Of a stretch of DNA of 64,000 nt, positions 59,739-64,000 are shown in pieces (position 1 is the stretch's first letter; each line of letters begins with the position of its first letter). The notes under the pieces were generated by a model. That model saw nothing but the letters and a program-made list of their open reading frames with translations, made no database searches and was not told the DNA's origin. A program made the translations under genes and the position numbers. Source of the DNA: Clostridia bacterium (GTDB lineage Bacteria; Bacillota; Clostridia; Oscillospirales; CAG-272); NCBI GenBank assembly GCA_017468385.1, contig JAFUIQ010000011.1, positions 68,224-132,223 of the forward strand. Direction: 5' to 3'.

Positions 59739-59867
59739 ATTGCACCTCCCGAAATTTTATTCAATTGTAACTAAATACGCTACTGTAAGCAATAATATTA
59801 TTAAGCGATATAAAATGGTTATGCCAAGTATCCTTACGGGTACTTGGCATAAATCATCTTCTTTTTG

Positions 59868-60248
59868 TTACCGTACAATCTCCTTGCCGCACCGGGCACA
59901 GAATCTGGCATCCTTGGCCAGATCCGCACCGCAATAGGGACAGAATCCCGCCGCCGCCATATCTACGGTGCCGTTGGCGGTTTCCTTCATGCGGCGGATG
60001 GTTCGCTCGTTTTCTGCGATCTGTCCTTTGAGTTTCTTGATCTCGGCGCACAGATTCTCAATCTCCGGATCGAGCTCGTCTCCGGCCCGGTACTTGCTGA
60101 AGCAGATCTCGCCGATCTGTTTTTTCAGTTCGTTTGCCTTTTCGTTTTTGCTGAAATTGCTGGCGTGCAGCTTGCCGATTTCCACCACTTCGTTGGTCTT
60201 GTCGGAAATCTTCTGCGCCCATTCGCTCATCTTATCCATGAAATCCAT
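59868..60248 (-). CDS. Coiled-coil + double zinc-ribbon protein
   Basis: CPYCG..ARFCARCG; GGAGG RBS. Confidence 0.85.
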   Translation of the reverse strand: MDFMDKMSEWAQKISDKTNEVVEIGKLHASNFSKNEKANELKKQIGEICFSKYRAGDELDPEIENLCAEIKKLKGQIAENERTIRRMKETANGTVDMAAAGFCPYCGADLAKDARFCARCGKEIVR

Positions 60249-60288
60249 ATGTAGATCCTCCATGTTCTATTCTATGCAGGGACATTGA

Positions 60289-60690
60289 TTACGGTTCCGG
60301 TCCCATAATATCCGGGTAGGCAAGGCGGAACAGACATTCCATGCGATCCGTATCCCCCATCAGGTGCAGATAGGCAAAGAGCGCCTCAAATCCTGTAGCA
60401 CGGCGGTATTGAGCCACGGTGGCCCGCTTCGGCACATTGGCGTGCACGGAGTTGCGTGCCCGGCGGTAGATGGCTTCCTCCTCCTCGGTCAAATGGGGGA
60501 GAATCCGCTCCAGGGCATCGCTTTGGGCGGCGGCGGTCACATAAGAGAGTGCCGTTTCGCTGGGGTGGGGTGCGTTGTTCAGCACCAATTGACGGCGGAC
60601 CAGCACCTCCAGCACCGCGTCACCCAGATAGGCCAATTGCGCGGAGGAGGCGGCTTGCGCCGCTTGTTGATTGTTCAAATTCGTATCCAT
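60289..60690 (-). CDS. mrnC: Mini-ribonuclease III
   Basis: LAYLGDAV, VTAAAQ, RRARN, YRRATGFEAL. Confidence 0.92.
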   Translation of the reverse strand: MDTNLNNQQAAQAASSAQLAYLGDAVLEVLVRRQLVLNNAPHPSETALSYVTAAAQSDALERILPHLTEEEEAIYRRARNSVHANVPKRATVAQYRRATGFEALFAYLHLMGDTDRMECLFRLAYPDIMGPEP

Positions 60691-60945
60691 ACTATTAGTA
60701 TAGCATCCGCCGCGGCGATTTGCAAGATGCGGCGAAAAAAAGATGCATCTTTTCCCATGGACGGACGTTTTTTCTCACTGTGTATGTACAGAAATGTGCA
60801 AAGTAACGGATCTTGTATTTTTACAAACAGTATATTTATATATTTTGATGGCATGAAAATATGGCATAACCGCTTGTTTGCGCGAAAAAAATGTGCTATA
60901 CTTCTATTGAAGAAATACGTTTGCAGACGGAAACGGAGTGACAAC

Positions 60946-62418
60946 ATGATTTACGATGTACTGATTATCGGTGCAGGAATCACGGGGACGATGACGGCAC
61001 GCTGCCTGGCGGCATACGACTGCTCAGTGGCCGTGGCCGAGGCGGGACCGGACGTGGCCTGGGAGGCCACCCGTGCCAATTCCGCCATTATCCATGCGGG
61101 ATACGATTGCGTTCCCGGCACCGTGAAAGCAAAAATGAACGTGCGCGGATGCGCCATGATGGAGGAGATCTGCCGCACGCTGGGCGTGTCCTACAAGAAG
61201 TGCGGATCCCATGTGGTAGCTTTCGGCGAGGAAGATGAGGCCACTCTGCGCGAACTGTACGACCGGGGCATCCGAAACGGTGTGACGGGCCTGCGGATAC
61301 TGACCCGGGAGGAACTGCGGCAAATGGAGCCCAACATCTCCGAGGCGGCTACCGCCTCGCTGTGGGCACCCGGCGCGGGCATCGTGTGCCCCTATGGGCT
61401 GGCCATCGCGGCGGCGGAGAATGCCGCCACCAACGGGGTGGATTTCTATTTCCGATTTGCCGTCAGCGGCGTCCGGGAGACGGATGGCTACTATACGGTG
61501 AGTAACGGAACGGATACCATCTGCGCCCGCCGCATCGTCAATGCGGCCGGGGTATCCTCGGCGGATGTGGCAAAAATGCTGGGCGACGAGGGGCTGGATG
61601 TACAGATCACCCCGCGCCGCGGCGAATATATCCTGATGGATAAAAAGTGCGGCGGTACAGTGAACTCCACGCTGTTTGCCGCGCCCTCCGCCAAAGGCAA
61701 GGGCGTTTTGGTGGCGCGCACCGTCCACGGGAATCTGCTGATCGGCCCCAACGCCAATGAGGTGGAGCGGGGCGATACATCCGTGACGGCGGCCGGCCTG
61801 GCCGAGATCACGGCGGGGGCTAAACGGCTCGTGCCGTCGGTGAATCCCCGCCAGTCCATCACGAACTTCGCGGGCATCCGTGCCACGCCGTCCACCCACG
61901 ATTTCATGCTCTTTGCCTCGGAGGAGAAAAAAGGCATCATCCACGCCATCGGCGTGGAATCCCCGGGACTGGCGTCCTCACCCGCTGTGGCGGAGTATAT
62001 TGTGCAGCTGCTCTCTGAGGACGGATTGATCTTGCGGAAGCGGGAGAATTATATCCCCACCCGGCGGGCAGAGGGGAATCCCAAACTGTTTGCCGAGATG
62101 ACGGACGAGGAGCGCGCCGCCGCCATCGCCGCCGATCCTGCCTACGGACGGATCATCTGCCGATGCGAAACGGTGACGGAGGGCGATCTGCTGAGTGCCA
62201 TGCACTCGCCCCTCCCGGCCCGGGATATCGATATGCTGAAGCGGCGCACGCGGGCCGGTATGGGACGCTGCCAGGGCGGATTCTGCTCCCCCCGTGCGGC
62301 GGCACTGCTGGCGGCGGATCAGGGCACCACACTGGATCACATCACGAAATCCGGCGGCGGATCCTGGCTGGTGCGCAAGAGAGAAGACATAGTGCGGGAG
62401 GTGGAGGATCATGCGTAA
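60946..62418 (+). CDS. FAD-dependent oxidoreductase, GlpA-like with C-terminal BFD [2Fe-2S] domain
   Basis: IIGAGITG, NSAIIHAG, SPGLASSP, CRCE..RAGMGRCQGGFC. Confidence 0.9.
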   Translation: MIYDVLIIGAGITGTMTARCLAAYDCSVAVAEAGPDVAWEATRANSAIIHAGYDCVPGTVKAKMNVRGCAMMEEICRTLGVSYKKCGSHVVAFGEEDEATLRELYDRGIRNGVTGLRILTREELRQMEPNISEAATASLWAPGAGIVCPYGLAIAAAENAATNGVDFYFRFAVSGVRETDGYYTVSNGTDTICARRIVNAAGVSSADVAKMLGDEGLDVQITPRRGEYILMDKKCGGTVNSTLFAAPSAKGKGVLVARTVHGNLLIGPNANEVERGDTSVTAAGLAEITAGAKRLVPSVNPRQSITNFAGIRATPSTHDFMLFASEEKKGIIHAIGVESPGLASSPAVAEYIVQLLSEDGLILRKRENYIPTRRAEGNPKLFAEMTDEERAAAIAADPAYGRIICRCETVTEGDLLSAMHSPLPARDIDMLKRRTRAGMGRCQGGFCSPRAAALLAADQGTTLDHITKSGGGSWLVRKREDIVREVEDHA

Positions 62419-63697
62419 GAAACTGATTGTGATCGGCGGCGGCCCGGCGGGATTGGCCGCGGCGGTGGCCGCCTGTGATGCGGGAATCGCTCCCTCGGAT
62501 ATTCTGATTCTGGAACGGGATCGGGAGCCGGGCGGTATTCTGAATCAGTGCATCCACACCGGATTCGGGCTTCACCGCTTCGGGGAGGAATTGTCCGGCC
62601 CCGAGTACGCGGGCCGGTACGTGGACATGGTGCGCCAGCGGCAGATCAAGATCGTCACCGACGCCATGGTTTTGTCCCTGTCGGAGGATCGGCATCTGAG
62701 CTTTGTATCCCCCGCCACGGGATTTGTCCGCGCAGAGGCGGATGCGGTCATTCTGGCCATGGGGTGCCGTGAGCGGACCCGCGGTGCGTTGAGCATCCCC
62801 GGTACGCGTCCTGCCGGTGTGTACACCGCCGGCTGTGCCCAGCGGTATGTGAATATGGAAGGATATATGCCCGGAAGCCGGGTGGTGATCCTGGGCTCCG
62901 GCGATATAGGCCTCATTATGGCGCGCCGCATGACGTTGGAAGGCGCGAAAGTATTGTGCGTGTGCGAGCTGATGCCGTATTCCGGCGGTCTGGCGCGGAA
63001 CATTGTCCAGTGCCTGAACGATTTTGATATCCCTTTGCATTTGTCCCATACGGTGACGCAGATTCACGGCAAGGATCGGGTCACGGGCGTGACCATCGCT
63101 GCGGTGGATGAGGCAAACGGCCGTCGTCCTATCCCGGGCACGGAGCAGTATATCCCCTGCGATACGCTGCTTTTGTCCGTGGGGCTGATCCCCGAGAACG
63201 AGCTGACCGTAGGGGCGGGCATCCATATGGATCCCGTGACCGGCGGTGCGGATGTGAATCAGCATCGGGAAACCTCCGCAGAGGGCATTTACGCGTGCGG
63301 AAATGCTCTGCACGTCCATGATCTGGTGGACTACGTATCCGAAGAAGCGGAGATCGCGGGACGCGCCGCCGCCCAGCGGATTCAGGCAATGGAAAAGCAA
63401 TCCGCCCACACGATCACTGTAAAAACGGGCTTTGGCGTGCGGTACAGCGTGCCCCAGCGGATCGATGTGACGGATGGCGTGGAGGATGTGCGGCTGTTCT
63501 TCCGCGTGTGCGATCCGTACAAAAAGGTACGGGTGCTGGTGACGGATGAACAGGGAAATGCAATCGCCAAACGGGCGAGAAACGCGGTGGCACCGGGCGA
63601 GATGGAAAGCATCACGCTGAGGGCGGATGCGATTCGGATGCTGGCGGACAGCGGATGTACTCAGATCGGGCTGTGCCTGGAGCAGATGGAGGTGTGA
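62411..63697 (+). CDS. NAD(P)/FAD-dependent oxidoreductase
   Basis: IGGGPAG, GGILNQCIHTGFG, GSGDIGLIMARR, CGNALHVHDLVD. Confidence 0.9.
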   Translation: MRKKLIVIGGGPAGLAAAVAACDAGIAPSDILILERDREPGGILNQCIHTGFGLHRFGEELSGPEYAGRYVDMVRQRQIKIVTDAMVLSLSEDRHLSFVSPATGFVRAEADAVILAMGCRERTRGALSIPGTRPAGVYTAGCAQRYVNMEGYMPGSRVVILGSGDIGLIMARRMTLEGAKVLCVCELMPYSGGLARNIVQCLNDFDIPLHLSHTVTQIHGKDRVTGVTIAAVDEANGRRPIPGTEQYIPCDTLLLSVGLIPENELTVGAGIHMDPVTGGADVNQHRETSAEGIYACGNALHVHDLVDYVSEEAEIAGRAAAQRIQAMEKQSAHTITVKTGFGVRYSVPQRIDVTDGVEDVRLFFRVCDPYKKVRVLVTDEQGNAIAKRARNAVAPGEMESITLRADAIRMLADSGCTQIGLCLEQMEV

Positions 63698-63701
63698 CGG
63701 T

Positions 63702-64000
63702 ATGGAAACGGTAGTAAAACTGACATGCGTGGTATGTCCCGCCGGCTGTCCCATAACGGTGACGCGGGCGGAGGACGGAACAATTATGAGCGTGACGGGG
63801 AACACCTGCGCCCGCGGAAAGACCTACGCGGAGGCGGAACTGACCCATCCCGTGCGCACGCTGACCACCACTGTGGCGCTGGAGGGGGCGGAGGAATGCC
63901 GCCTGCCGGTGAAGACGGACAAACCGATCTCCAAATCGGCATTGTTTGACGCCATGCGGATCATCGCGGGGATTACGGTGCAGGCACCGATCCGGTGCGG
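63702..64000 (+). CDS. DUF1667-type CxxC..C protein, 3'-truncated
   Basis: METVVKLTCVVCPAGC..GNTCARG..E..HPVRTLTTTV; GGAGGTG RBS; usual third gene of this operon type. Confidence 0.85.
   Translation, partial: METVVKLTCVVCPAGCPITVTRAEDGTIMSVTGNTCARGKTYAEAELTHPVRTLTTTVALEGAEECRLPVKTDKPISKSALFDAMRIIAGITVQAPIRC

Larger units (their letters stand above)
58989..59865. mobile_element. Putative cassette 2 inside a split terminator
   Basis: AAAAGGAGATG (58989-58999) pairs with CATCTTCTTTT (59855-59865); inverted CCATAAGG / CCTTACGG cores; AT-rich interior. Confidence 0.5.

Noticed and set aside
60691-60945. Riboswitch or ncRNA in long intergenic regions (also 42830-43000, 55813-56040)
   Set aside because: No recognisable aptamer or T-box motifs; explained by promoters

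Overview
High-GC Clostridia (Oscillospirales/Eubacteriales-like, spore-forming) chromosomal window. Positions 1-13.5 kb are accessory: three translationally coupled B12-type radical SAM genes plus a GNAT-like gene, a divergent ArsR-type regulator, a membrane protein with two MutS-domain-V ATPases, and a heterodimeric ABC exporter, ending at a tRNA-Glu(CTC). The rest is mostly housekeeping: thiI, a two-component system, spoVB, rimI-tsaD, dnaD/dnaC-like genes, a DinG/XPD-type helicase, typA, HPr, uvrC-rsmD-coaD, a reduced dcw cluster (mraZ to ftsZ, with no murD or ftsA), mini-RNase III and a GlpA-like oxidoreductase operon. The most unusual signal is two separate AT-rich single-gene cassettes (about 18.2-19.0 kb and 59.0-59.9 kb). 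Each sits between the two arms of what looks like a split terminator hairpin between convergent genes. Each is bounded by inverted YCRTAAGG cores and has a related palindrome on its promoter side, and neither has a transposase or integrase nearby. All calls are motif-based by eye; no database searches were run.
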